A stretch of DNA of 64,000 nt, from the IMG/VR virus record IMGVR_UViG_3300035497_000625; one strand, 5' to 3'. The position numbers were made by a program, and so were the translations under genes. The notes beneath the pieces are model-generated. The model was not told the origin of the DNA and did not search any database. It saw nothing but the letters and a program-made list of their open reading frames with translations. Of the stretch, positions 30,953 through 41,643 are shown in pieces. How positions within the stretch are numbered: the stretch's first letter is position 1; every line of letters starts with the position of its first letter. Source of the stretch: an uncultured virus (IMG/VR IMGVR_UViG_3300035497_000625). Its lineage: Duplodnaviria > Heunggongvirae > Uroviricota > Caudoviricetes.

Positions 30953-31074
30953 TTCAAAATTGGTATAAGATGCCAATTTTGACAACTCCGCATACTGGTA
31001 GAAATTTCCAATTGAAAATTGGAAATTTTTTTCCAATTCTGGAAAACATTACCATTTCCAGAAAATTGGTAAAT

Positions 31075-31143
31075 GAGCTGGAGCTGGAAGGAGCTGGAAG
31101 CTCCTAGAGGAGCTGCGAGGAGCTGGAGCTGCGAGGAGCTGGA
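31075..31143 (+). repeat. GAGCTGG cluster 1
   Basis: Multiple co-oriented GAGCTG(G/C) motifs in non-coding DNA. Confidence 0.85.
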
Positions 31144-31497
31144 AAATTTTTTCCAGCTCGTGAGCGGTGCTCCGTGGCCTAGGCTCACGGCGGAGCGCTG
31201 CCGCGCCGCTGGCTGGTAGAGCTTACCAGTCCCAGCACTGGCGGCTGATCCTGGCCGCCGATCGGGCGACGCTTTAGCACACTAAAGCGATAAATCGTGC
31301 TCCTCTAGGACCGCTCCTTTAGGACCGCTTGCTTCCAATTTTTGTTAATTCCACAGTGATAATAAGAAAAATTTTTTTCGCTCCTCTAGGGATGGTAGGA
31401 GATGGAAATTTTAAATTTCCCTCTAGGCTTTCAGCAGATGGTAATTTTTGTTAGTTCTAAAGTAATAAAAAGAGGTGGGATTTCTCCCACCTCTTTT

Positions 31498-31710
31498 TTA
31501 TTTCGTTATTATTTCTAAGGTAATCAAGTCTTCTGATTGGTAGACCTCTGTTGCGACTGCTCGTATTTGTCGCACCTCTAGGTCTTGGTATTCTTTGGGC
31601 ATTTTTTCTTTTCCGCCGAAATAGATTTCTTTATCGAGATAATCAACCTCTTTTATAATGCTTATAGTCTCTAGAGTTCCTACCATTGTTAACATTTCTT
31701 TGATTTTCAT
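31498..31710 (-). CDS. Small hypothetical protein (MKIKE family)
   Basis: Own promoter, terminator at 31468..31498; similar to 43253 and 38639 ORFs. Confidence 0.75.
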   Translation of the reverse strand: MKIKEMLTMVGTLETISIIKEVDYLDKEIYFGGKEKMPKEYQDLEVRQIRAVATEVYQSEDLITLEIITK

Positions 31711-31914
31711 ACAATCACCTTTAACCTTTCTGTTGGTTTTGTTTTCTTTCCTTTACTGTAATTATATTATACCATAATCAAGAGAGAATGTCAAGTTTTT
31801 AATTGTAAACAATTTGTGAACATTTATTAATAAATTTATTAAGGTAAATACTAGTAATTTTCTTTTAACGTTTCGCAAGTCCTAGAGGAGTACTCCTCTA
31901 GGTTGCTTTTTTAT

Positions 31915-32355
31915 TTACTTTTCCGTGCCGAACGTTCCTATTATTTCACCGTGATTGTTACGTACTGCTGTTATTTCGCCGTCAAGTTTTGGTAGTACTT
32001 TCCATATCTGTTTGAGTGTATATTCATATATTTTTCTTTCGATTCCGTTCATAGTAAAACTTTTTTGGTAATACTCATATATTTGTACGTATGTTTCTAT
32101 TAGTGTATTGATTGATAAGTTTATCTTTTCGCCGTCTATTCCAGTAGTATTAACTCGAGATTGTTTTATATTGATGTGGTGCTTTTGGTTTTGTTTGTCG
32201 TTATTCTTTTTGATTACCTTGTCTAGTTCGTTTCTAAACTCTATAACGTTTTTACCATAATAGAAGTAATACTCAATTACTTCTTTTAAGTCGTTTGTCT
32301 CTAATGCAACGATTGGGTTTGATAGAAACTTTTGAGAATAAACTGTATATTTCAT
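31915..32355 (-). CDS. Hypothetical protein
   Basis: Own promoter and leader; start at MKYTVY. Confidence 0.7.
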   Translation of the reverse strand: MKYTVYSQKFLSNPIVALETNDLKEVIEYYFYYGKNVIEFRNELDKVIKKNNDKQNQKHHINIKQSRVNTTGIDGEKINLSINTLIETYVQIYEYYQKSFTMNGIERKIYEYTLKQIWKVLPKLDGEITAVRNNHGEIIGTFGTEK

Positions 32356-32647
32356 AATAATACTCACTTTCTGCCCCTCTAGGGCGGTTGTTGTTTTGTT
32401 TTATCTTATGTATATATTATACACCTAATTGACCTAAAAGTCAATGAACAAATTGTAAACATTTTTTTAATAAATTGTGAATACATTTCTTACCAAAAAT
32501 CAAGAGAAAAAGAGAAACAGTTTAAAATTTTCAATCCCCTAAATTAAAGCCGTAGAAAATACTATCCCCTATTCCGCTCGTTGGTAAAATTTAGTATCCC
32601 TCTAGTGATTTAAAAGTTGGTACCCCTCTAGAGGGGTACCGCCCCTC

Positions 32648-33007
32648 TTATTTTTTAATTTTTAATTCCTTAAAGGCTTGTATTACTGCTTCTTTCCTTT
32701 GGTGTGGTTTAGTCCCCTCTAATTTTCTTGTACTGCTTTCGTTAGTTTCTAGGTTTGTCACTGTTGCTATATAGTCCTCGTTATCTCTTTCTATTATCCA
32801 GTCGATTTTGTCTTCCATGTATGCTTGAGTAACTGCTTTCCATTGTCTATTCTGTTTACTCTTTAGATATGTTAGATGTTTCTTTGCGTCTTCTCTTGTT
32901 TGATATACTGTATAGTCTCTAGTCACCATGTATACCCACTCTACTACTCTTTTTCCGTCTACGTAGTCAACACTTTTTTTCATTTCCTTGATTTCATATG
33001 TTTTCAT
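32648..33007 (-). CDS. Hypothetical protein, paralog of 30185..30556
   Basis: High sequence similarity; own promoter and leader. Confidence 0.8.
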   Translation of the reverse strand: MKTYEIKEMKKSVDYVDGKRVVEWVYMVTRDYTVYQTREDAKKHLTYLKSKQNRQWKAVTQAYMEDKIDWIIERDNEDYIATVTNLETNESSTRKLEGTKPHQRKEAVIQAFKELKIKK

Positions 33008-33183
33008 AATTTACCTACTTTCTCCCACTGTAACCCGTGGGCGGTTTGTCTCTAGTTTGTTTCTTTCCTTTACTGTACTTATATTATAGCACATTCAAAC
33101 TAGTTTGTCAAGCATTTTTTTAAAATTTTTTAATTTTTTTTTGGTATTCCTCTAGAGGGTTTGCCCCTCTAGAGGTTTTACTA

Positions 33184-33459
33184 TTAGGCTTTTTCGTTTA
33201 GTCTCTTGATAGTTTCTTTAAAAGTCTTTTGTGGATTAAACACGGACTCTTTTACACCATTTGCCATTACTGTTTCATTGTAGCAGATACTAAGCATAGA
33301 GATAAAGCCTTCTACTATTTTAGTTGGCGTGCTTTCTGCTTTAACAAGTTGATAGTTTTCGGATAGCGTTCCAATCAAGATGTAGTTTTCCTTTATCTCT
33401 CTTGGTTCTACTATGTAGCAGTATCCAGCTTTTTCCTCGTATCCATAAACTTTTTTCAT
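33184..33459 (-). CDS. Hypothetical protein
   Basis: Start moved to MKKVYG after AAAGGAAG RBS. Confidence 0.7.
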   Translation of the reverse strand: MKKVYGYEEKAGYCYIVEPREIKENYILIGTLSENYQLVKAESTPTKIVEGFISMLSICYNETVMANGVKESVFNPQKTFKETIKRLNEKA

Positions 33460-33592
33460 AATGATTACTTCCTTTCGGTTTTTGTTTCTTTCCTTTACTG
33501 TACTTATATTATACCACATTCAAACTAGTTTGTCAAGCATTTTTTTAAAATTTTTTAAATTTTTTTTGGTATTCTTCTAGAGGGATACCCCT

Positions 33593-33763
33593 CTAGTAAG
33601 AATTGCTAATCTGTACCATTTGTTTGTCGGTTTTACATTGGTAGCAGTAGAGGGTTTTTAAATGTCCATTCTTCGTTATTCTGTTTGCTTTTTTAGGCAT
33701 TACCATTTTAACACCACAAGTTGGACATTGAAAAACTCGTAAAGTCACGGTTCTTTTTTTCAT
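33593..33763 (-). CDS. Small zinc-ribbon protein (56 aa)
   Basis: Translated by hand: MKKRTVTLRVFQCPTCG...GHLKTLYCYQCK; GAAAGGGGG RBS. Confidence 0.75.
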   Translation of the reverse strand: MKKRTVTLRVFQCPTCGVKMVMPKKANRITKNGHLKTLYCYQCKTDKQMVQISNSY

Positions 33764-33764
33764 A

Positions 33765-33932
33765 TTAGCAACCCCCTTTCTGTAGTAGGGTTGCCACTAT
33801 TTGGAATGTATTCCAACTTGAAAGCGTTCCGCCGTCAATCTTGTTGTTGGCGTTCACCTCTAGGAAAGAGACTAGAACCCACACTATTATTACTATTCCT
33901 ATTGTTGTCATAACCTTTTCAAACTTTTTCAT
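33765..33932 (-). CDS. Small membrane protein (55 aa)
   Basis: Translated by hand: MKKFEKVMTTIGIVIIVWVLVSFLEV...; promoter and GAAAGGA RBS. Confidence 0.7.
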   Translation of the reverse strand: MKKFEKVMTTIGIVIIVWVLVSFLEVNANNKIDGGTLSSWNTFQIVATLLQKGGC

Positions 33933-34146
33933 ACTTAATCAAATCCTTTCAATTGTGTTGTGTTTGTCGTTTCCTTTACTGTACTTATATTATAGCATAT
34001 CCCCAATAAAAAATCAATAGTCAAATTGCACAAACTTTAAACTATAACTTTGTGCATAATGCCATATTGACTTTTTTCTAAAGTCGTGGTATAATATATA
34101 CATAAGATAAAACAAAACAAGAGATAATTAGAAAGGTGGATGTTTT

Positions 34147-34350
34147 ATGGTAGAGTATACTAATAAAATGACTGGAGAAAGAAAGCAACTTGATAAAGAG
34201 GAGTTTCTAGAATTAATGGCAACTCTAAAACAAGAGGCAAAAGAAAACAAGCAACTAAAAAGAGAAATAGCAAAAAAGAAATACCAAAGGGAGAAAGCCA
34301 AAGAAACGGCAAATAACACTTATCTAGGAAAAATATTAAAAAACTCCTAG
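34147..34350 (+). CDS. Small basic hypothetical protein (67 aa)
   Basis: Plus-strand promoter at 34067..34095 and GAAAGGTGG RBS. Confidence 0.7.
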   Translation: MVEYTNKMTGERKQLDKEEFLELMATLKQEAKENKQLKREIAKKKYQREKAKETANNTYLGKILKNS

Positions 34351-34425
34351 AGGATACTCTAGAGGGGTACCGCCCCTCTAGAAAAAACATCTTGAAAATT
34401 GAATATTAGAAGGGATTGTGATTAT

Positions 34426-34896
34426 ATGCAATTAGTAATTATTTTCTTTGTATGTAGTTTAATTAATGTGATGTTATCCACATTAAAAACCGTGTTGACT
34501 GTTAAAGCAAATAAGCAAACAGCGTCATTTATTAATGCTTTTGCATATGGCTTTAATGCTATAGTATTAAAGCAGTTGACTTCGTTAGATACCCTTACAA
34601 CTGTTATAGTTGCTATCTTAACTAATTTAATTGGTGTATATATTAGTTTAACTATTATTGAAGCAATAAAGAAAGATAGTCTATGGAAAATTTCGGTAAC
34701 GTCTGCTACTGATATAGAGTCAATACTATTAAAGTATAATATATCTTATATATGCAATAGTGTTGAATGCAAGGGTAAAAAATACTTTTACTATGAAATG
34801 TTTAGCGAAGGAAAAAAAGAAAGTGAAATAATTAAAAACATTTTGCAAGAATATAACGTAAAATATAACGTGGTTGAAATTAACAAAAATCTATAA
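34426..34896 (+). CDS. Membrane protein, DUF2179/DUF5698-like
   Basis: Three N-terminal hydrophobic helices plus soluble C-terminal domain; terminator at 34897..34930. Confidence 0.65.
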   Translation: MQLVIIFFVCSLINVMLSTLKTVLTVKANKQTASFINAFAYGFNAIVLKQLTSLDTLTTVIVAILTNLIGVYISLTIIEAIKKDSLWKISVTSATDIESILLKYNISYICNSVECKGKKYFYYEMFSEGKKESEIIKNILQEYNVKYNVVEINKNL

Positions 34897-35037
34897 TAAA
34901 GAGGGTGTAATTTTACACCCTCTTTTTTTTATATACTGACGTAGTAAACCAATAGGAATAGTAGATAATTTCGCCGCCATGGTATAAAATGGTAATCCTC
35001 TAGGTATAAAAAAAATGGCGGTTCAACCGCCATTTCA

Positions 35038-35427
35038 CTATTTTAATTTTTCCATTGTCTTTTTTATTTTGGTTTGTATTTCCTCTAGGCATATCCATTC
35101 CCCTAATCTATCATTATAATAGAACGTTGTCCCTTCGGTGTTGTCTAGTCCTTTAGTGGTTCTTCCAATATCGTCTAGTACGTCTATTAAGGCGTTGTAA
35201 CTGTCTTCGTCCTCTACTCTTACTATTTGAGCGTATTCCATAAGAGCGTAGAGTGTTTCGTCTGTCATGGTATCTATTACCATATCTTCAACTAGGACGG
35301 TTATTCCGCTTTCTGCGTCCCAATCGTCTTTGTCTGCTTGTAGCTTTATTCCGTCATGCTTTAAGCACTCGATTAGGCTTGTGAATACTCTTCCATCATT
35401 TGCCATGTATGCATTTATCTTTTTCAT
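35038..35427 (-). CDS. Hypothetical protein (A.DG..F...EC family)
   Basis: YMANDGRVFTSLIECLKHD motif shared with 38092 and 63078 ORFs; start corrected. Confidence 0.75.
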   Translation of the reverse strand: MKKINAYMANDGRVFTSLIECLKHDGIKLQADKDDWDAESGITVLVEDMVIDTMTDETLYALMEYAQIVRVEDEDSYNALIDVLDDIGRTTKGLDNTEGTTFYYNDRLGEWICLEEIQTKIKKTMEKLK

Positions 35428-35610
35428 AATTCCAACTTTCTCCCACACTAACCAGTGGGCGGTCTCTCTTGGTTTGTTTTCTTTCCTTTACTGTACTTAT
35501 ATTATAACATACTCAAACGAGTTTGTCAAGCGTTTTTTAAAAATTTTTTTAATTTTTTTTAATTTTTTTGGTCTCCCTCTAGGGGTCTAGAGGGAGACCC
35601 CTCTAGAGGT

Positions 35611-35928
35611 TTAACGAGTTTTTCCGATAAAGTCCCAACAGTTATAGGCACTGTACCAACTGAAGAACACGATTTCGTTATCTTCGGTAATTGGGACGTA
35701 CTCGCCCGCTATCATACCGTATTTTAGACTATTAGACCCCTCTAGGACTGTAGTTATATTTGCGATTTTCCATTTATATCTTTCTGGTATCGTTTCTATG
35801 AATTTTTTCTTTTCCTCTTGGTCTTGGAAGATTATTCCTTTGAGTTGTCTATTTAGTACTGCTTTAGTGAATTGTTGAATGTTCATTGTAACTACTTCTA
35901 ACTCATTAGTAACATACATCTTTACCAT
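35611..35928 (-). CDS. Hypothetical protein
   Basis: Own promoter and leader. Confidence 0.7.
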   Translation of the reverse strand: MVKMYVTNELEVVTMNIQQFTKAVLNRQLKGIIFQDQEEKKKFIETIPERYKWKIANITTVLEGSNSLKYGMIAGEYVPITEDNEIVFFSWYSAYNCWDFIGKTR

Positions 35929-36085
35929 AATTTCCTCTTTCTCCCACTGTAAACCCGTGGGCGGTTCAATCGGTTTATTTCCTTTACTGTACTTATATTA
36001 TAACACATTCAAACTAGTTTGTCAAGCGTTTTTTAAAAATTTTTTAAAAATTTTTTTTGGTGCTTTCCTCTAGAGGTCTAGAGGG

Positions 36086-36568
36086 TTACCCCTCTAATTC
36101 CTCTAGAATGCCATATAGTGCCATTACTACGTCATAAGTACTGGAGACCTTAACCCCTTTTCTATTGGAATCTTCTTCCCATTCTGTTAATACTTCGGCA
36201 TTGTCGTCAACTAGATAGATATTATCATATTTTCCAGTGATTGCCATGTGTTTTGGTGTTCCATAAGGTTGTACTGTAACATCATTTTCAAGAGTAGGTA
36301 TATACATTTTTAACCATGTTCTTTTTTCTTTTTCGGTCTGCTTTAAGTAGTCGGTACTAGAATTTTTTGCACCCCATGAGATAACCCCAAATTCTACCCC
36401 TTTGTGGAATAGTTTAGTTAGTATCTCCTCTAGGTCTCTTTGATTGAATAGAGGTTTAGCCGATAGGTATGCCCCTTTTTCTTCTTTTACTATTTTTGGT
36501 AACCAGTCCTCTACGTTGTATAGGTCTGCTATTGTACCGTCCATATCAAAGTAAACTTTTGTTTTCAT
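36086..36568 (-). CDS. HAD-superfamily phosphatase, 5'(3')-deoxyribonucleotidase-like
   Basis: Motif I FDMDGTIAD, motif IV LVDD. Confidence 0.8.
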   Translation of the reverse strand: MKTKVYFDMDGTIADLYNVEDWLPKIVKEEKGAYLSAKPLFNQRDLEEILTKLFHKGVEFGVISWGAKNSSTDYLKQTEKEKRTWLKMYIPTLENDVTVQPYGTPKHMAITGKYDNIYLVDDNAEVLTEWEEDSNRKGVKVSSTYDVVMALYGILEELEG

Positions 36569-36977
36569 AATCATTACTTCCTTTCAATCTTTTGTTTTCC
36601 TTTACTGTACTTATATTATAGCACATTTAAATTAGTTTGTCAAGCGTTTTTTAAAAATTTTTTAAAAATTTTTTTTGGTCTCCCTCTAGAGGGAGACCCC
36701 TCTAGTTATTTTCTGCTTTTCTTTCTTGTGCTTTTCCTTGTGGTCTGTTTGTTAGTATCAACAGATAGAACACAGAAAAATAGTAATATATAAATTAATA
36801 CCATTTTGCATTTCTCCTTTCTTTCTCCTCTTGATTACAATATTATTATACCATATCCACACTAGAAAATCAATAGGCAAATTACACAAACTTTGATTTA
36901 AATTTTTGTTTCTTTTTGTGCATTTCGCCGCCGAAAAAATACCAAATAAAAAGGCGGTACAGTGTACCGCCTTGGTT

Positions 36978-37508
36978 CTATTCTTGGTCTTGTGCTTTTT
37001 CTTTTGCTTTTTCCTCTAGGGCTTTTTGCTTTTTGTCTGTTTCCTCTTTTGCTTTTTCTTTTGCAAGTTTCAACTCTTCTCTTCTTTTCAAGTCTTTTTC
37101 TTTTTTAGCGTTCTTTTCTGCTTGCTTTTTGGCTTTCTCTTCTGCTTTTGATTGTACAGATTTGGCGTATACTTCCGCTTCTGTTAGTCTGTCGTAGATT
37201 TCAGTGGTTGAAATACCGCTTGATGTTTTTCTAGAGGTTTCTGTTATTGCTTTTGCCGTCATTTCTACATTGACGCATACTTCTATAGGGAATCCCCCTT
37301 CATCTTCTACCGTCCCCACTGCTACGCTAATAGCGTAGCCTTTACCACTGGTATCTTTAAATACCTCGCTGACGTTTTCTTCGCCGTATTCCTCTAGTAG
37401 TTTGCTTAGGATAAAGGCATTTAATAATTCTTTTGCCTTATTTTTTACTGTTGTACTGTTCTTTGTGGTTAGGGACATTTCTTCGGTAAAGTTAACTAGA
37501 TTTCTCAT
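36978..37508 (-). CDS. Unknown protein, four-copy family member 1
   Basis: AISVAVGTVEDEGGFPIEVCVNVEMTAKAI core plus Lys/Glu-rich tail. Confidence 0.85.
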   Translation of the reverse strand: MRNLVNFTEEMSLTTKNSTTVKNKAKELLNAFILSKLLEEYGEENVSEVFKDTSGKGYAISVAVGTVEDEGGFPIEVCVNVEMTAKAITETSRKTSSGISTTEIYDRLTEAEVYAKSVQSKAEEKAKKQAEKNAKKEKDLKRREELKLAKEKAKEETDKKQKALEEKAKEKAQDQE

Positions 37509-37645
37509 AATTCCTACTTTCTCCCACTGTAAACCCGTGGGCGGTTAATCTTTGGTTTATTTTCTTTCCTTTACTGTACTTATATTATAGCACATTTAAA
37601 ATTTTTTGTCAAGCATTTTTTGTGAAAGTTTTGTGAAAACATTTT

Positions 37646-37906
37646 TTAGTAATTTTGAGACATATCCCCCAAAATTCTTTTATTGTAAAACACTGTAAAG
37701 ATTATACCATTACTAGCGTTTCCATCTTCTTCTATATTGGAGTATGTTCTCATACTGGCGACTTTTAACTCTTTAACCTTATGTGGTTTTGGTACATTCT
37801 GTAAGAAACGTGTTGTTAAAGGGGTAACGCCATTTTCTGTTATTACTTCAACGATAATATAACAGTCTCTGTTTGTTATTTTATCAGTTATATGTTTTAT
37901 TCTCAT
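37646..37906 (-). CDS. Small hypothetical protein
   Basis: Own promoter and leader. Confidence 0.7.
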   Translation of the reverse strand: MRIKHITDKITNRDCYIIVEVITENGVTPLTTRFLQNVPKPHKVKELKVASMRTYSNIEEDGNASNGIIFTVFYNKRILGDMSQNY

Positions 37907-38091
37907 AACTTCCTCTTTCTCCCACTGGAAACCCGTGGGCGGTTAGTCTTGGTTTTTCCTTTACTGTACTTATATTATAGCACATTCAAACTAGTTTGTC
38001 AAGCATTTAATTGTAAACAATTTATTAAGGATTTTTTTTGGTAATTCCTAGAGGGATACCCCTCTAGGGTTACCAATCTTTACTAATCTTA

Positions 38092-38478
38092 CTATTTGTT
38101 AAACTCTTCTTTTAATTTGGTGTAGTCCTCTATTACTGCATTAACGTTAATCCACCATTTAGTAAAACTATCTTTATGGAAGATTCCGCAACTTTCTAAG
38201 CCTCTAGTCCAATACTCTTTTTCCTCGAGAATATCAAGGAGAAAGAAGAGGGAGTCGTAACTGTCAATTTTTACTGCAGTACTGTAAGTCGCCCACTCGT
38301 TAACGTCTTCTATTGTTTTTGGGTGGATAATCCCTTCAAAGGTGTAAAAGGTAATACCTTTTAATATTGTTTCATAGTCTTTCTTTGGTGCTTTTGGCAT
38401 TGCTTCGTACTCTTGACATTCTTCAGCAGTACCAAAGTAAGTGCCGTCATTTGCCATAAAGATTGTTAATTCTTTCAT
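38092..38478 (-). CDS. Hypothetical protein (A.DG..F...EC family)
   Basis: FMANDGTYFGTAEECQEYE; start corrected. Confidence 0.75.
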   Translation of the reverse strand: MKELTIFMANDGTYFGTAEECQEYEAMPKAPKKDYETILKGITFYTFEGIIHPKTIEDVNEWATYSTAVKIDSYDSLFFLLDILEEKEYWTRGLESCGIFHKDSFTKWWINVNAVIEDYTKLKEEFNK

Positions 38479-38638
38479 AATTCCTTCTTTCTCCCACACT
38501 AACCAGTGGGCGGTTCAATCGGTTTATTTCCTTTACTGTACTTATATTATAGCACATTCAAAACTTTTTGTCAACCCCTAATTTGTAAACAATTTATTAA
38601 GGATTTTTTTGGTAACCCCTAGAGGGGGCGATTGGGAT

Positions 38639-38929
38639 TTAATCCCAATCTTCGTCTTCGTCCTCGTTTTCTGTTGTTATCCATGTATCGGGGAGGACTG
38701 CTTTATCGTCAATTGTGCTTAGGACTAAGCAACTATAGGGTTCTTCGTCCTCTACGTATAGGCTAGTTATGTTTAATACCTTTAGTTTGCCGTATTCCTT
38801 GGGCATTTCTTTGACTGTACCGTTGTAGAACTCGTTGTCAGTTTCTACCTCGTTTTGTGTTTTGCATAAGCAGTTGATAGCGATTATGTCGTTGTTTGCC
38901 ATTTTCTTGATTATTGCTTTAACTCTCAT
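38639..38929 (-). CDS. Small acidic hypothetical protein
   Basis: MPKEY..L.V motif shared with 31498 ORF; own promoter and leader. Confidence 0.75.
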   Translation of the reverse strand: MRVKAIIKKMANNDIIAINCLCKTQNEVETDNEFYNGTVKEMPKEYGKLKVLNITSLYVEDEEPYSCLVLSTIDDKAVLPDTWITTENEDEDEDWD

Positions 38930-39081
38930 AGTTTCCTCTTTCTCCTACACTAAACCAGTAGGCGGTCTATTTGGTTTTTTTCCTTTACTGTACTTATATT
39001 ATAGCACATTCAAAACTTTTTGTCAAGCATTTTTTTGTGAAAGTTTTGTGAAAACTTTTTTTGGTAACCCCTAGAGGGGAA

Positions 39082-39279
39082 CTAGTCCCACTCTTTAAGG
39101 TAACGTTTGCCAATGGCACGTATCTGTTTTTTCTGTTGCTTTTTTGCTACTTTCTTATGTCTTTCTGCTACTCCACGGCAACAGTATAACTCTTCAAAGA
39201 GGTAACGTTCTGTTACTTTCTTTATCCATTGACTTGATTTCCCGATTGGTATTTCTACCTTTTGTAGTTTTCTACTCAT
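39082..39279 (-). CDS. Small basic hypothetical protein
   Basis: Own promoter, GAAAGGA RBS. Confidence 0.65.
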   Translation of the reverse strand: MSRKLQKVEIPIGKSSQWIKKVTERYLFEELYCCRGVAERHKKVAKKQQKKQIRAIGKRYLKEWD

Positions 39280-39508
39280 AACTTTTAATTCCTTTCTGTT
39301 TGATCTTTGTCTCCCTCGACTGTACCTATATTATAACATACCCCCAACTAAAAAGCAATAGGCAAATTGCACAAACTTTTAGATAAAAATTTTTTTCGAT
39401 TTGTGCAATTTTTTTCTTGACTTTCTAGAGGGGATATGATATAATATAAATACAGTCAAGGGAACGAGTCCCGAAGACAAGATTAACTAATAGGAAGGTT
39501 TGATTAAA

Positions 39509-40276
39509 ATGTTAGAAATTCAAGAGGTATTACAAGAAGTAAAGGCAATCAACAGCACATGGAAAGCAGTTAACAAACTACCAAAGACTAAAAAGTATAT
39601 GGTTATCGACTACGAAGGGGCAAGCGATAAGAGACCATATAACTTAGGAATAGTAATAGGAGATAAGAATAGAATATACTATAAAAGTTCTATTCTAATG
39701 CCCGAGTTCCTAGAGGAAAACCTTACCAATACTAATCTAACTGCTTATTCAATGGCAATGGATATAATAAAGTTAGCAGAAGACCCCCAATATAAAAACG
39801 AGTTTACAAGGGTAACCGCTAACGACTGCATAAAGTTACTTTATGCACTGGTTAACAGATATGATATCAAAGGCATATGGGCGTATAACGTGGCTTTTGA
39901 TAGAGGGGCAACTAAAAGACTAATGGGCGGTGAAAATTCTGTACTTTGGCAAGTGTTTGACAATCAAATAGAATGGTACGACATACAAAGAGAAATATTT
40001 TACACCAAACTTTACAATCAAAAATATATAAAATGGTGCTTAAAAAATCAGTACTTAACCCCTAGTGGAAACATACAAACAAAAGAAGAAGTCGTATATA
40101 GGTATTTATTTAAAAATACCGACTATACAGAAAAGCACATAGGTGTGTACGATGCACTAGACGAGTACCAAATCTTACTAGTAGCATTAAGTCAAAAGAA
40201 AAAAAGAGTTAATGAACGTAAAGGAAAACCGCTTTACATGATATTAAACGAACTAAGAGCAGAATTGACAATATAA
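39509..40276 (+). CDS. DEDDh 3'-5' exonuclease-like protein
   Basis: YMVIDYEG, AYNVAFD, KHIGVYDALD motifs; own promoter and terminator. Confidence 0.8.
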   Translation: MLEIQEVLQEVKAINSTWKAVNKLPKTKKYMVIDYEGASDKRPYNLGIVIGDKNRIYYKSSILMPEFLEENLTNTNLTAYSMAMDIIKLAEDPQYKNEFTRVTANDCIKLLYALVNRYDIKGIWAYNVAFDRGATKRLMGGENSVLWQVFDNQIEWYDIQREIFYTKLYNQKYIKWCLKNQYLTPSGNIQTKEEVVYRYLFKNTDYTEKHIGVYDALDEYQILLVALSQKKKRVNERKGKPLYMILNELRAELTI

Positions 40277-40733
40277 TTTTACAAGGGGGATTTTACATCC
40301 CTCTTTACATTTTTACATCCAAACTCTGCCAAATTTTACGTTCACAATTTATTCACAATTTCTCCTAGAGGTTACCAGTTGTTCTGTTCCTATTGATATT
40401 AACAAGAATTACCAATAAATTCTCAAGGCGGGCACTGGTAAAGTTTACCAGCGGCGGGTCCCTCTAGAGGCTTATCAATTGGTAAGAATTGGAAGCAGGC
40501 GGTGCAGCACTCTAGAGGTCTGCTATTGGTAAGAATTGGAAGGGGTGGATCATTGCAGCACTAGCACTGGTAAGGTTTACCAGTAGGTATTGATCAAGCC
40601 TTTTACCAGTTCCTACCAATAAGAAACCACATAGGTACGTGCCGCAAGCTTCCAGCTTTTACCATAGGGGCGCGGCCCGCGCATTACCAATTTTTACCAT
40701 GGAAATTTCCATGGAAATTTCTACCAGCTCCAT

Positions 40734-40980
40734 GAGCTGGAAGGAGCTGCCAGCTCTGTGAGCTGGCAGGAGCTGGAAGGAGCTGGAAGGAGCTGCCAGC
40801 TCCATGAGCTGGCAGGAGCTGGAAATTCCTCTAGGAGCTGGAAAAGTTTACCATCAGATGAGCTGGAAGGAGCTGGAAGCTCCCGAGGAGCTGGAAAAAA
40901 ATTTCCAGTGGAGGAGCTGGAAGCTCCTCCCAAATTGGAAGGAGCTGGAAGGCTCCTCTAGGCGAGGAGCTGGAAGCTCC
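40734..40980 (+). repeat. GAGCTGG cluster 2
   Basis: Dense co-oriented GAGCTGG(A/C) motifs. Confidence 0.9.
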
Positions 40981-41150
40981 TACCATGGCGCTAGGCTCGG
41001 CTGGCTACCCGCATTTTTCCAGTTTCTACCAAGAGTAAACCTCGACCAGGATCGCCCGCTCCTTCCAATTTTTACCAATAGGAAAAACCTAAAATTTATG
41101 GGCGCTCGCTTCCAATTTTTACCAACTCCTCTAGGAGGAAAAGTTTACCA

Positions 41151-41235
41151 TGTAAACGATTACACCCCTCTAGGAAAAGTTTACCATGTAAACGATTACA
41201 GAAAAATGGTAGGGTCTACCATGTAAACGATTACA
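41151..41235. promoter_or_regulatory. Three TGTAAACGATTACA cre/LacI-family-like operators
   Basis: Copies at 41151, 41187, 41222; match TGWAANCGNTNWCA. Confidence 0.6.
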
Positions 41236-41279
41236 TGAAAATAGAAAAAAGTGGTAAGGAAATCCTTACCACTGCCAAC

Positions 41280-41597
41280 CTATTCCAAAAATTTTTTGAT
41301 TACCAACTCGTTCCAGTCGTTGTCTTTTTTCAGTCTCACCCATTTACTGTATCGGTCAAACCATGCATAAATTCCAGCTCCTGCCAGTCCGTTACTGTCT
41401 AAGCCGTTCCCCTCTAGCAAACCGCATAGGTATGTGCTTGCTCGGTCGGTGTCGATTTTGACATATGTAAATCTGTGCCAGTAGTCAATTAAAGAGTCAA
41501 TATCGCCCCACTGGAAAATGTTATAAATGCACGTATCTTCGTAGTTTCCCTCGCCAGTGGTAATGTATTCCAGATTTTCATTCTCCCAAATTGTCAT
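41280..41597 (-). CDS. Hypothetical protein
   Basis: Start moved to MTIWENE (AGGAAGGAG RBS); C-terminal half resembles 35038/38092 ORFs. Confidence 0.7.
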   Translation of the reverse strand: MTIWENENLEYITTGEGNYEDTCIYNIFQWGDIDSLIDYWHRFTYVKIDTDRASTYLCGLLEGNGLDSNGLAGAGIYAWFDRYSKWVRLKKDNDWNELVIKKFLE

Positions 41598-41643
41598 ATG
41601 GTGACTCCTTCCTTTTGGTAATCTGCCCCAGTAGGGGCGGAGA

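Noticed and set aside
31052..31068. CodY box
   Set aside because: Single match with two mismatches in AT-rich DNA, not near a promoter; insufficient support
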